Shown in pieces: positions 24,700 through 42,860 of a stretch of DNA of 64,000 nt. The stretch's first letter is position 1. Every line of letters starts with the position of its first letter. Source of the stretch: Macrostomum lignano (Eukaryota). The translations under genes were made by a program, and so were the position numbers. A model generated the notes under the pieces. The model saw nothing but the letters and a program-made list of their open reading frames with translations. It had not been told where the DNA came from and searched no databases. The DNA lies in NCBI GenBank assembly GCA_002269645.1, contig NIVC01002641.1, forward strand, positions 9,674-73,673, read 5' to 3'.

Positions 24700-26066
24700 A
24701 AGAACAAGGCCGGAGAACATTTTAGAACGACTATAATCCTCGGACTGCTATGCAAGCTTTAAAAGCTTTATTTTTTCTTATTTGAATGGTGTATAGTGAA
24801 TTCGTCTGTTGACACTTTAGGTTGGTGCTGAAAGGATTGACTTGGGTTGGGGAAGAATTGTTGAGATGTCAATGCTTTCGAAGGGAAGTGCTGAGATGTC
24901 AAGGCCCCCCGTAGCCTCAGAATTTCTGAGATTGCAAGGTTTGGGGGGAATAAGATGTAAAGGCTGAGTTCAGAAGCTAAATGTCGTTTATTTAAAAAAA
25001 ATTTTTATTACATTCTTTGTTTGGCTCCCCAACGGGGGTTGTAGATTGCTAGTAAACTTCATACGAGTCTAATTTTAAAAAAGCAATGCAAAAAACAAAA
25101 CATTTCAAATCTTTTCAGCGATCAGGGACTAATTTTATGAAGCACTAATTGACTATCAGATATCTGGGTTGTTAGCGATAGAGGCTTTTTGTGTGATTGA
25201 TGTGAGTTCCAATTTTACGAAGCTTCTCTCATTGATTATAGTTAAGCATTGCTAAAAGCTAGCAACTTTAAGACCACCCTCGATCGACTGGATAAAAACA
25301 ATTGAAAAAGTCATGGACCTTCTGCAATTATGGAGCGTCAACGAAGAACCTGTTAACCCTGAAGAGAGAATCTTATAGTGTTTAGTTCTTATGCGGTTTA
25401 GGTCGTTGAATAAAGTACCTTTCCGCTCGCTTCTAAGCCCGAAGATTAGAGTATAATGCAAGAATGATTTTTCGGTCGTAGGACCAGTGATAATTTAAAG
25501 GAGATATGACGAACTTTTTGAGTTATTAATGAAAAAATACACAAAATTCACGTGAGTCTTCATATCAGATTAGATAAAGAGAAGTTGATTATAGCACTCT
25601 CTCTATAGCTGGTGGCTCACCTCAAATGTGGACTGACTCAGGCTGACTCGAACAAGCTTATCAGATTCAGGTGCTCTCTTTGACATGCATGCATGCTATT
25701 TTTGTCAACTCTTTCCAGAGGCCTTTTTCGACCCTTTAAACACACAGCTATCGCGCGACCACAGCCAACAAGGTTTCAGCTGCAGAGGATTCGCATTGCA
25801 GAGTAAAAACAGTACAAAAATAAACATGCGAAATAAGCTGAAGTGCGCATCAAAGTATACCGACTATAAAATGCGTAGAATTACTTAGAGATCTTTTATT
25901 TACACGTATATAAATGACTCCGTCAAATATAGGCTCAACCACAGAGTATAATGCTCTAGTGACTTGATAATTGACCGATAAAGTCATATTTCTACAAAAC
26001 TCTGTGGTTTGACACGGCACTTTTGGCAAGTTCAGCGACAACTGAAAGCAGATAAACAAACTGCAG

Positions 26067-27930
26067 ATGACGCCAAAGGCTGCTCCGAAGTCGTCTTGCT
26101 CCTATAGAGTACAGCGGCCGCATCAGCCGCACTCGCTGCTACTCCTGCTGCTGCTGATGCCGCTGCTACCGCGTCTGCGGGCGCAAAACGCAGCCATTTC
26201 TGATGGTCTGGAAAGTGTTCGAGACCTCGAAGCCATCGAGAACCCGATAGATCTGTACCATTCCGGCTGCCATCGAGCGGTCGACAAGAACGACACGCTC
26301 AGATTTCTTGTGCTGGACGCCGGATCCACGGGAACTCGAGCTGCACTGCACGAGTTCTTTGTCGAGCGAACGCCAAAGTCGCCCAACGGACCGCTGAAGC
26401 TGCGGCACCTCAGACTTCGCCGGTACAGCCGCAAGCCCGGCCTGTCAGCGTTTCAACACTTTCCAGACAGAAGCCGCGATCAGGTGAACGCCCTGCTGGC
26501 TGCTGCGGCGGCTGATGTGCCGAAGCCGCAACGCGCCGTCACCTGCGTAGCGCTGCGCGCCACAGCCGGTCTGCGCCTGTTGGACTCCGGGTCGAGGCGT
26601 CGAATCTCAGAGTAGTCAGGGACACCCTCGCCACCAGTGCGGCCTTTCTCGCGCCCGACATCGACTCGGCGAAGTTGTTGAGCGGACCGGAGGAGGCCAA
26701 ATTCGCCTGGCTGTCGGTGAACTACATGCTGGGCAAGCTGGACGAGGCCAACACGAACTTTGAGACCGTGCCGGTGCTGGAGCTGGGCGGAGGCTCAGCG
26801 CAGGTTTGTTCTCGCCTGTGATGATGCTATCGCTGACTCGAAGTTTTTTGTAACAAATACTACCATGGCAACACAGCAGTGGAAGATAGATGGAAATTGC
26901 TGATCAATATCTACATGTACTCGTAAACCTTAAAAAAGGGTAAAATCTAAGTCAAACCCTGATATCAGAGTCAAGCTAACTTTCATTTTTATTTAAATGA
27001 CTAAAAATCCAAGCCTTTTTAGTCAAATTCAATCAACGTTAAGTGTTTCACCATGCAGCTAAGCTTTCTCCCGAAATTCGTGCACAGGTGGCCTACGAAT
27101 ACCCGGATGGCGAGCTGTCGGCACCACTCGACCGGGCGTCGTCCTCAAAAGCGACGCTGACTGGTCGTCGAATCCGAGCTCGGAGCTACTTGGGATTGGG
27201 AGTTCGTGAATCCGTCTTACGCTTTGTTGGCTACAGAAACGGGAAGTCGGCCGGGACTGGAGTTTCTAAGAAAGCCTACAACAGCAGCTGCATTGCCGCC
27301 AATGCGTCGCTGAATTTCAGCTTCGGCTCCGTGACGCTTCAACTCGAAGGTAACCAGCGCGACAACTCCAGCGGTTCGACAGCCGCAACTGTGAAGAAAT
27401 GCTTCGCCCAAGCAAAGGATTTGGTCCAACAGGTGAAGGTCAGAACGGAGCCAGGAATCGCCAAAGGTGAGAAAACCGTCTACGCCATATCGTCCATTTA
27501 CTACCTGGTGAAGTACTTGAAAAAGTCGAGCCCAGTGCCGGGTACGAGAGTGACCTACAGCGACTCCGTTTGTCCAAGCGAGCCAAGAGGCGACTGCAAG
27601 GCCTACTCAATTAGCGCTGGCGACATTGCCGACAACGCGGCTGCCGTCTGTCGCAACCCTCCTGACCAAGGACCCTACACGCCTTACTACTGCATTAACC
27701 TGTCTGTGCTGAGCGCCATGCTGGAGCAGATGGGTCTGCCGGACAGCGGCACCGTGACAGCTCTTGGCGGCAGCGACAACCTGGGCTGGACGCTCGGCTT
27801 CAGTCTGGACGCTCTGCTGCAGTCGGCTGCGGCGTCGGCGGCCACATTGACGGCAACAGCGACTGCCGCTGCTGTCTCTATGGCAACGGTGCTCTCGATG
27901 TTGGTGCCCGCACGGATTGCGCAGCTGTAG
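26067..27930 (+). CDS. GDA1/CD39 NTPDase copy B with GPI-signal-like C-terminus; exons 26067-26803 and 27088-27930; 1-bp deletion at ~26605
   Basis: Same ACR1-5 as copy A (ACR1 DAGSTGT). Sequence is CGAATCTCAGA versus CGAATTCTCAGA in copy A; restoring one T opens the frame through ELGGGSAQ|VAYEY. C-terminus: QSAAASAATLTATATAAAVSMATVLSMLVPARIAQL*. Confidence 0.88.
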
Positions 27931-29289
27931 GATTGTTGTTGGGTCAAAAATTGCGATTTCCACTAAGTAGGAAATGGACAAAAGTATTTGTCTATGGCCG
28001 AAACTTATAGAATCAAGCCTGGTTTGACCCTGTCAAACGATTTTAACGGTTGTTGATTGATGTGGATTTGATTTTTGCTAAAAATCGAGCCCCAGCTGGG
28101 CACGGGCTTAATTTACAAAAAAATTAGTGGAAATCGTAATTTTTGGCATGTAACCTAGAATAGACATTCAACTGTTTTCTGATGCGTTAAAGGATACTCT
28201 TTTCAGCTGACTAGTAATTTGAATATGTCTAGTGATGCCAGTATATGAGCAAGATGTAGGGACTAAATGATCACTACCCAACTAGCAGCTATGCCGATAC
28301 TGACTGCCGACCTTAGGAGGCGACGGAATTGGCAGTGTAATGTCTCTCTCCGGTTGTGTGACTATATCGTCTAAAGTGCGTCAGGGTGCACGCAGCTCCT
28401 GACTCTAATTGAGAACCAAAACCTAAACCCTCATCCTAACCTAAACCTTAGTGGGGGCATTTCCGTCCCTTAATTTCTAGTCGGGCGCCCCGAAAAGGGG
28501 GGCACTAGATTGCTAGTCCTAACCTAACTGAATATTGCTAATATTAACGAAAACGAATTGCTTCAATTCTTACATACACTCGATTGTCGTATCAGCTTGC
28601 CAAGTACAAGCAAAGTTAGACGAATTAAAAAAAAACAGTGCGAGTCTGTAGAGCGGAGTTTTTGTACAGTAAAGTCAATCTTACTGTAGTGGCTGTCTCA
28701 TTCATAGTTTTCATAATCGATTCCGTAAATATTAATCCTGAATACTCGTAAGTAAATTTTCAAGAAATTGTTATTGTGCAATCATTATATAATACTTCAA
28801 GTAGATACTTCAGCAATTCTATGAGTAAAAGTAAGCACCTTTTTGGCATCGAAATGTATAATTATTCATTTAATTATAGCATAAATTAGTCAGGTTTCAG
28901 CTGTGATCCTTATGTTTGATTGTAACTACCAATTAGCTACATGTAAACGTATGTGCTCTAGCAGAAGAAATGCTTCATTTTGTCCTTCCTTCCTTTTTCT
29001 TCCTCTGTTAACCCGAAATTCATTATAGGAATCACATTGAAGTACTCGATTGTCACAAAAAACGATTTGATTGATTTACGAAGAGTACAATGCAAAGTGC
29101 TAACTGTGGAGTAGGTCCGTATAACCACTGCATCTGGACCGGAACGCAAGGTCATTTCTAATGCTAGTGCTACTGTCTGATGCCTACCTTATAAGATTTT
29201 ATTTCATGGCTATTTCATTTTATTCATTCATTCATTTTTCTTTATTCATTCATTTTATTCATTCATTTTATTTCGTGTCTGCAGTCTGC

Positions 29290-29770
29290 AGCGCCAAAAT
29301 GAGTGATAGTGGCCCAAAATGAGTGATAGTGGTGCCAAAATGAGTGATAGTGGTGCCAAAATGAGTGATAGTGGCCCAAAATGAGTGATAGTGGCCCAAA
29401 ATGAGTGATAGTGGCCCAAAATGAGTGATAGTGGCCCAAAATGAGTGATAGTGGTGCCAAAATGAGTGATAGTGGTGCCAAAATGAGTGATAGTGGTGCC
29501 AAAATGAGTGATAGTGGTGCCAAAATGAGTGATAGTGGTGCCAAAATGAGTGATAGTGGCCCAAAATGAGTGATAGTGGCCCAAAATGAGTGATAGTGGC
29601 CCAAAATGAGTGATAGTGGCCCAAAATGAGTGATAGTGGTGCCAAAATGAGTGATAGTGGTGCCAAAATGAGTGATAGTGGTGCCAAAATGAGTGATAGT
29701 GGTGCCAAAATGAGTGATAGTGGTGCCAAAATGAGTGATAGTGGCCCAAAATGAGTGATAGTGGTGCCAA
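29290..29770. repeat. 20/21-bp minisatellite (AAAATGAGTGATAGTGGTGCC / AAAATGAGTGATAGTGGCCC)
   Basis: Direct reading; the two variants occur in alternating blocks. Confidence 0.97.
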
Positions 29771-30406
29771 AAAGAGTTAAAACGGCGCCAAAATGAAGAT
29801 CTGGTCTGAATTGGCAAAATCAATACAATACCATGCAGTAGCACTTATTGGCAAAATAGAATATACAATTTTTTTTGCTCTATTTTCACGCATTGTCTTC
29901 CCCCAAGATGAGACCCACAGCAACGCCTCAGCCTCCAGCCCAGACATTTGTTAGCTGCATCGGATAAAATTCAGACAATCGCGAAAAAAACGGACGACAA
30001 AATGCGAAAGCTGGCTTGACCTTTGTGAGCCTAGAGCTTTTGACAACAGTAATGTTAATCACATGCTCTCTCGTTTGCTCAGGTTGGAAGAGCTGAGAGC
30101 AGTAAGACCTCATATGGGAGTTGTTGTACATGTACTCACCAATGTACGGGCAGTCCACAGCTGAGTTGGGTTAAGAAAGGAAAGGATTCAGATTATATGC
30201 CAGACTATAGCGCACATTCAAGCAAGAGAATGAGGGGAGAAGAGAGGAAACTACACAGGGGGAGATAGGGGAGGAGAGAGGCTGTATATACTTTACTTAA
30301 CGACTGACTGACGTGTTTCATTTATTACAAGCGCTCAGAACCGCCAGATCAGGTGTTAGTGACAGAGTTAGATTCGTAAAGCAGAAATTAATACTTCCTG
30401 CAGACA

Positions 30407-31606
30407 ATGCCAGTTATGCCCAGAATGAAGCGTCTAACACCGCTAGCTATCCTGGCTATCATATTCATGGCAATCTACTTACTACTGTCACCGACAACGC
30501 CCAGCGTTATACTCAGATACATTCAAGACAGAGAGTTGAACATCAGGCTTCCATTGCTGCCAGATGTTGACAATCTTGAAGAATGCGCCGCACTCAACGA
30601 GCTTCGCAACGTGAACTTCGCAGATTCCAGACTGCAGCACCGGCTGTGCGAAGACTCGACAGCCTACAAGCTTGTTAATGGTAGATACCCATTGTGCCAG
30701 CTGAATAGGAACCTGCCAACTCAGTTCTACAGAATAGTCAGAAAGGGCTCCAGATTGGCCAGCATGATGCGCGTGACTGGCGCCGGTTTCATACCAATTT
30801 ACACCTTCGACAATGACGATTTGATTTCCAAAGTGTTGCTAAACCAACAGGCCTGGGAGCCGGCGCAGATCTGGACGATGCTGAAGCTGTTGAAGAAATT
30901 CGATCCGGGCTCGGTGACATTCCTTGACATCGGCAGCAGCCTGGGCGCGTACAGTCTACAAGTCAGAGCCGAAGGCATCCCAGTAGTGGCTGTCGACGCA
31001 AATATTCGCGCTTTAATCCGGCTGCAGTTATCGGCTAAGGAGCTCGGAGTCCTTGACGACAATTTGAAACTGTTCTGGTGCTTCATCAACGACAAAGTCG
31101 CTCTGAAACGGATCAGCTGGAGCGCAGACAACATCAGTTGCAACGCTGGCAGCGCATCGAGCGGATTATCTGGCTGGAGACAGCAGGTGAGCAAGATCAT
31201 CCACGACACAATTCCCGTAATGACAGTTCGAGCTGACGAGCTCCGAGAGCACATCCATACTAAAAAAGTTATCGTGAAGATGGACATCGAGTCCGGGGAA
31301 TACGTGTTCATGAAGACCGGGCGGACACTGTTTGAACAATTCGACATCCTGGCGCTGCAGATGGAGTTCTGGCGCGGCTCGGGCGAGCCGCCGCACTCTT
31401 CACTCTACTACAAATCGGTGACGAGTTTCATGACGGCAAGGAACTACTCGCTGATATCCGCTATAGACTATCGAGTCCAGGATTTATCCACTTTTACCGA
31501 ATGGGACGGCATCTGGGTTAAAAATGACTTTTTGCACGAGGTTGTTGCACTGAACCGCGGAGAAATGGATAATATCAATGTTGCTAAACCAGCCGACAGC
31601 CTGTAA
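30407..31606 (+). CDS. FkbM-family (Methyltransf_21) SAM-dependent methyltransferase, type II membrane topology, intronless, 399 aa
   Basis: Short basic tail followed by a transmembrane segment (LAILAIIFMAIYLLLS); SAM motif TFLDIGSSLGAYSL...VVAVDAN; FkbM motif IVKMDIESGEYVFMKTG; uninterrupted ORF. Confidence 0.85.
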   Translation: MPVMPRMKRLTPLAILAIIFMAIYLLLSPTTPSVILRYIQDRELNIRLPLLPDVDNLEECAALNELRNVNFADSRLQHRLCEDSTAYKLVNGRYPLCQLNRNLPTQFYRIVRKGSRLASMMRVTGAGFIPIYTFDNDDLISKVLLNQQAWEPAQIWTMLKLLKKFDPGSVTFLDIGSSLGAYSLQVRAEGIPVVAVDANIRALIRLQLSAKELGVLDDNLKLFWCFINDKVALKRISWSADNISCNAGSASSGLSGWRQQVSKIIHDTIPVMTVRADELREHIHTKKVIVKMDIESGEYVFMKTGRTLFEQFDILALQMEFWRGSGEPPHSSLYYKSVTSFMTARNYSLISAIDYRVQDLSTFTEWDGIWVKNDFLHEVVALNRGEMDNINVAKPADSL

Positions 31607-31989
31607 CTGTAAGACCCGTAGCTGTCTGAGAAAGCATTCAAACCTCAAAAGCCTTCAAAAAATTCCGAGAAAGTGTCCTTAATTTTAAGTACACTGGTCC
31701 TTGGCACACGCATGCACTTATCAAGACATTCTTTTTGCTTCATTGATGGACATCTACTTGCACGAGTATCACGTAACACATACATGCAACAGTAACTGTA
31801 TATCAAGTTAAAATCAAATTTAATGTTCAAATATACGACATGGAAACCTAATCTAAATGCTGACAAACGAGAGTTGTTGCATAATTGCATAAGTTGTTGC
31901 CTTTTTTACAAATCAATGTAAACGTATCTCCCTTTAAGAAGACAAATAACTAGCTACCGTGCACTGTTGTTAAATCGAGGGTCCTACAG

Positions 31990-33430
31990 CATTGGGTGCT
32001 GTTCAATCTATGGCTCTAAAGTGTAGGGTGTTGTTTAATCCAAGGTCCAACAGCATGGGGTGCTGTTCAATCCAGGGTCCAACAGCATGGGGGCATGGGG
32101 TACTGTTCAATCCTGGGTCCAACAGCATGGGGGCATGGGGTGCTGTTCAATCCAGGTTCTAAAGTGTAGGTTGCTGTTCAATCCGGGGTCCAACAGCATG
32201 GGGTGCTGTTCAATCCCGGGTTCGACAGCATGGGGTGCTGTTCAATCTAGGGTCCAACAGCAGGCTGCTGTTCAATCCAGGGTCCAACAGCATGGCTGCT
32301 GTTCAATCCAGGGTCCAACAGCATGGCTGCTGTTCAATCCAGGGTCTTACAGCATGGCTGCTGTTCAATCCAGGGTCCAACAGCATGGCTGCTGTTCAAT
32401 CCAGGGTCCTACAGCATGGCTGCTGTTCAATCCAGGGTCCTTCAGCATGGGGTGCTGTTCAATCCATAGTCCTACAGTGTGGGGTGCTGTTCAATCCAGG
32501 GTCCAACAGCATGGGGTGCTGTTCAATCCATAGTCCTACAGTGTGGGGTGCTGTTCAATCCAGGGTCCAACAGCATGGGGTGCTGTTCAATCCATAGTCC
32601 TACAGTGTAGGTTGCTGTTCAATCCGGGGTCCAACAGCATGGGGTGCTGTTCAATCCCGGGTCCAGCAGCATGGGGTGCTGTTCAATCTAGGGTCCAACA
32701 GCAGGCTGCTGTTCAATCCAGGGTCCAACAGCATGGCTGCTGTTCAATCCAGGGTCCAACAGCATGGCTGCTGTTCAATCCAGGGTCTTACAGCATGGCT
32801 GCTGTTCAATCCAGGGTCCAACAGCATGGCTGCTGTTCAATCCAGGGTCCTACAGCATGGCTGCTGTTCAATCCAGGGTCCTTCAGCATGGGGTGCTGTT
32901 CAATCCATAGTCCTACAGTGTGGGGTGCTGTTCAATCCAGGGTCCTTCAGCATGGGGTGCTGTTCAATCCATAGTCCTACAGTGTGGGTGCTGTTCAATC
33001 CCGGATCTTAAAGTATGGGGTGCTGTTCAATCCCGAATCTTACAGTGTGGGGTGCTGTTCAATCCCGGATCTTACAGTGTGGGGTGCTGTTCAATCCCGG
33101 ATCTTACAGTGTGGGGTGCTGTTCAATCCCGGATCTTACAGTGTGGGGTGCTGTTCAATCCCGGATCTTACAGTGTGGGGTGCTGTTCAATCCCGGATCT
33201 TACAGTGTGGGGTGCTGTTCAATCCCGGATCTTAAAGTATGGGGTGCTGTTCAATCCCGGATCTTACAGTGTGGGGTGCTGTTCAATCCCGGATCTTACA
33301 GTGTGGGGTGCTGTTCAATCCCGGATCTTACAGTGTGGGGTGCTGTTCAATCCCGGATCTTAAAGTATGGGGTGCTGTTCAATCCCGGATCTTACAGTGT
33401 GGGGTGCTGTTCAATCCCGGATCTTACAGC
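31990..33430. repeat. 31/32-bp minisatellite (GGGGTGCTGTTCAATCCAGGGTCCAACAGCAT and variants)
   Basis: Period 31 at 32271/32302 and period 32 at 33061/33093; source of many spurious ORFs. Confidence 0.97.
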
Positions 33431-34171
33431 GTACGTGATTGTGGGTTCCTGCTTAAACTTAAGGATCGAAGTTTATGAAAAAAAACTAGAGCCAAAAAGG
33501 CAATAAATTTTATCCAGAAATCACAAGATAGGCACAAAGCACTCAAATCTTTGACAGTTTGCCAAAAGAAAACGAAAAAATGTATTTAACCCGGTTAACA
33601 TAATCATCCACAGTAGGCAAAATGATTTTCAGTGGCGTAACGCATATTTTGTTGCTTTTAACAATGAATCATAATCAGGATTAGACATAATAACTATATT
33701 CAATACACCATAACAGATGAAAATTCACTACGGGCACTCGGCATTACTATGTATTACCATCATTATTCAAACAGCCAAAATGCGTAGAAGCGACGAGGAA
33801 CAGAAGCAAAAAAATGCATTTGGGTGTTTTGGTTGCCCCGGTTATATATGATTCTAAATTTGGAGAATTCCATTGAAAGGAATAAAAAATTAATATCCGC
33901 TGGAGAATAGCAGAGTGTAGAAGGAAATCCTCTGCGGTGAATTAGATGAGATAAAGGGCGATTCTCTGCAGGGAATTAGACGGGGTAGAAGGCGATTCTC
34001 TGCAGGATATTAGACTTGTTACGCGAATTTTGGCGTGGAATTAAAAGAAGCAGATTTTTCTGATTTATTAAAGAATAACTGATCCCTTTTTGATTCTCAG
34101 CACAAAAGAAATTCTGACGACATAAAGAGATAATCTGAGACTCACACGGATCAATCAGTAATACCCGGTAG

Positions 34172-34570
34172 TTAAGCAGCCTCATTATCATTAATCAGCA
34201 TATTCGGTATGCCCTTAGCAATGGGAAACTCTCGGCCAGTCTCCGGACAGACCAAGCATCCCTCGATCACATCCAGCTGCATCAGGGCGATGTGAGCTTT
34301 GCGCAGAAAGTCTTCATTGTTGGCGTAATCGTCTGGAACAGTGGGTGGCAGTTCAGGCAGCGGATCCTGCAGCAGATCCGGCTGATTCAAGCACTGCACG
34401 GCCGCTGTAACCCCAGACCAGTCAAGCCTTGGCAGCATGTGAACTACAAATCCGGCATCAAATTCTACAGGTTGCAGTTCAACTTTGGTTGCCCGTAGCA
34501 ACAAGGGATAGCCTTTTTTAACACCTTTAATCATTGCTGAGGTGAGCATGTTGTGCAGGATAAGTTTCAT
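34172..34570 (-). CDS. TRMT112: Multifunctional methyltransferase subunit TRM112-like protein
   Basis: MKLILHNMLTS..IKGVKKGYPL...DFLRKAHIALMQLDVIEGCLVCPETGREFPIAKGIPNML is the Trm112 signature; intact and intronless. Confidence 0.96.
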   Translation of the reverse strand: MKLILHNMLTSAMIKGVKKGYPLLLRATKVELQPVEFDAGFVVHMLPRLDWSGVTAAVQCLNQPDLLQDPLPELPPTVPDDYANNEDFLRKAHIALMQLDVIEGCLVCPETGREFPIAKGIPNMLINDNEAA

Positions 34571-35629
34571 GTTTGATATTTTGAAGATTTATTTGGCATG
34601 AATTTGAATTTTTAGGTAGCTTAAAAGTTGCACTAGTTTCAGTATAGTTAACTAAAAACAATTTTATAATCTGTAAATTTAATTATAGCTATTGGTCAAT
34701 TTTGAAGTCCTATAAAAATTGTGTTATGCAACAAATTCATGAAAATCCACGAAAATCCAATTTTTTAGATAGCACCAAACAATAGATAGGATAAAATCCC
34801 TATTTTAATATCCTAGGGTATTAGAAATCTACACATTTCCAAAAAAGATACCATAATTTAGAAATCCTAGCAAAAATTAGAATCCCAATCCTAAAAATGT
34901 AAATTCCATCCAGTCTCTATCAAATAGGCCTTAAAAAGCAAATAAGTATTAAGCATATATATATATATACATATGCATACACGCGCAACAGTCGGCCGAG
35001 TCGGTCGATCCGGCCGACCGATTTGGCGGCCAACCAAGGAAGTCGCAAAAATGCCCACCCGAAAAAATACCAAAGTAGTAGTACTAAGTAACTGACGAGG
35101 CATTTTTACTTGATAAGCCAGTTATAGTTACTCCTGCAGTTTACCCAAAGTTGCGTTAATTTTGCGTTAGGGTTTTTTTACATTCGCATTTTTGGCCAAA
35201 AACTACGTCGCATTTTTTTTAAAACTAAGTCGCATGGCCGACCGAATTTTGGAGGTTGCGCATGTATGTACATATGCATATATATACACACACTATATAT
35301 ACACACACTATTGTAGTGAGCCGCTAGTTTATGGTTAGGCGTCGCCCTTGTCAGCTGTTCCCTCGCCTCCGCCCTGGGTTGCTGTCTGCCGCTGGTCAGC
35401 TTCCCGCCCCTCCCTTTCGTTTGTCTGCTGCTGCCCTTGGCCTGTTCTGGCCTTCTGCATCTCTGTTTCGCTCCCGTCCCGTTTTCCCTGTCTTGTGAGC
35501 AAGTCACATGACAGTTCTTGCGTTCTTTGAGTCTTAAAGTGCAGTAAACATGTTTACTGCACTCGTTGGCCCTGTTTACCGGGTGAGTCACGTGCTTTCG
35601 GACCCCTCCCTTCTCTAAGGAGAGGAGTG

Positions 35630-36160
35630 ACTCATGTTGCTAAAAAATGCTAAGAGTATGGCCGGGGACCTCAAGTGACGTCAGTTCTAAAAATAGAACA
35701 AGTCACGAGGTCTTCCGCACGCTTGTACCCTGCCCAAGACTCTCGAGTGACGTCAGTTCTAAAAATAGAACGAGTCACGAGGTCTTCTGCGTGGGTGTTT
35801 CCCGGCTATAAATAGGAGCTCTCTCCCCCTTGCTTCCGTCAAGGAGTCTTGTTCCGTGCTAGTCTAGTTCTGTGCTAGTCTTGTTCTTCCCGAGATCACG
35901 TCCTGAGTGTCTGAGCCTCTGCATACATTGAGTCTGTTCGTATTGGTCTGACTGAGACCCGACTAAAGCGCCACAAGCCTACGAGAGGCTAACTCAGCCC
36001 TCCCTCCGCCATCCAAGCCCGGCAGGTACTGCTGACGAGACGCCTAGTACGTTGAACTGCAATTCTGCACTTGGTGCTGTGTTCGTTGACTTCGTTATTT
36101 CGTTCCGACGGGAAGCTCACCTCACCGAAGGCCGAGACCTGAAGGAACTGGTGGCAGCAT
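35630..36160 (+). mobile_element. Candidate 5' LTR and primer-binding site of the downstream Gypsy element
   Basis: TATAAAT at 35807, a duplicated ~68-bp enhancer-like block (GTGACGTCAGTTCTAAAAATAGAAC), and TGGTGGCAGC at 36149 resembling a PBS. No matching 3' LTR was found. Confidence 0.4.
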
Positions 36161-36288
36161 TACCTACGCTACTGAGAGTTGAGAGAACTTCCCTCTGAAG
36201 AGGCTCGAGACTTAAGGTAATCTTAAGTGCCTAAACCGGGAAGAAACCCCATTGTACTTCACTATATATACATGTAGCAACTGACAAA

Positions 36289-36637
36289 CATACATGCGCA
36301 ACCTTGGGAATCACTTGGCCATTTCTATTGGCAGCATACACATGTAAGTTGCTATTGGCTGAGAGCAGTCACGTGACAACTATTCCATCCAATAGCGACT
36401 TACATGTGTGTGTTGCCAATAGAAAGCTACATCTTGTTCAGCCGAATGTCTAAAACACCATACAGATCATGCTTGGGCGCAACCTAGGGATTCACCCGGC
36501 TGTTTCTATTGGCAACGCACATGTAAGTCACCATTGGATGGAATAGTAGTCATGTGACTGCTCTCAGCCAATAGCAACTTACATGTATGTGTTGCCAATA
36601 GAAACAACCAAGTGATTCCCAAGGTTGCACATGTATG
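36289..36637. mobile_element. ~350-bp foldback/MITE-like element with ~135-bp inverted arms
   Basis: CATACATGCGCAACCTTGGGAATCACTTGG...TTGCCAATAGAAA (36289-36426) is inverted at 36503-36637. Confidence 0.75.
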
Positions 36638-36759
36638 ATACAGATCACCATCAAAAGCACCTCCGCCACCACAGAAGTCTCCATCAAGGGCATCAAAGGG
36701 CAGGCCCCTCCACACCAAGTGGAAGCAGTCAACTGGAAAAGGTCAAGTTTGGACTCCCT

Positions 36760-42860
<6,101 letters not shown>

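Noticed and set aside
28415-28455. CCTAAACCC/CCTAAC telomere-like motifs
   Set aside because: Only about three degenerate units; too short to call an interstitial telomere.
29255-29844. His/Trp-rich repeat ORFs (HHYHSFW...)
   Set aside because: All three frames are open because of a 20/21-bp minisatellite; no coding signal.
30799-31347. 182-aa antisense ORF, and similar antisense ORFs over the GPCR, NTPDases and LINE
   Set aside because: Shadow ORFs of GC-rich coding sequence with no independent motifs.
32060-33506. Cys/Gly-rich repeat ORFs
   Set aside because: Artefacts of the 31/32-bp array.
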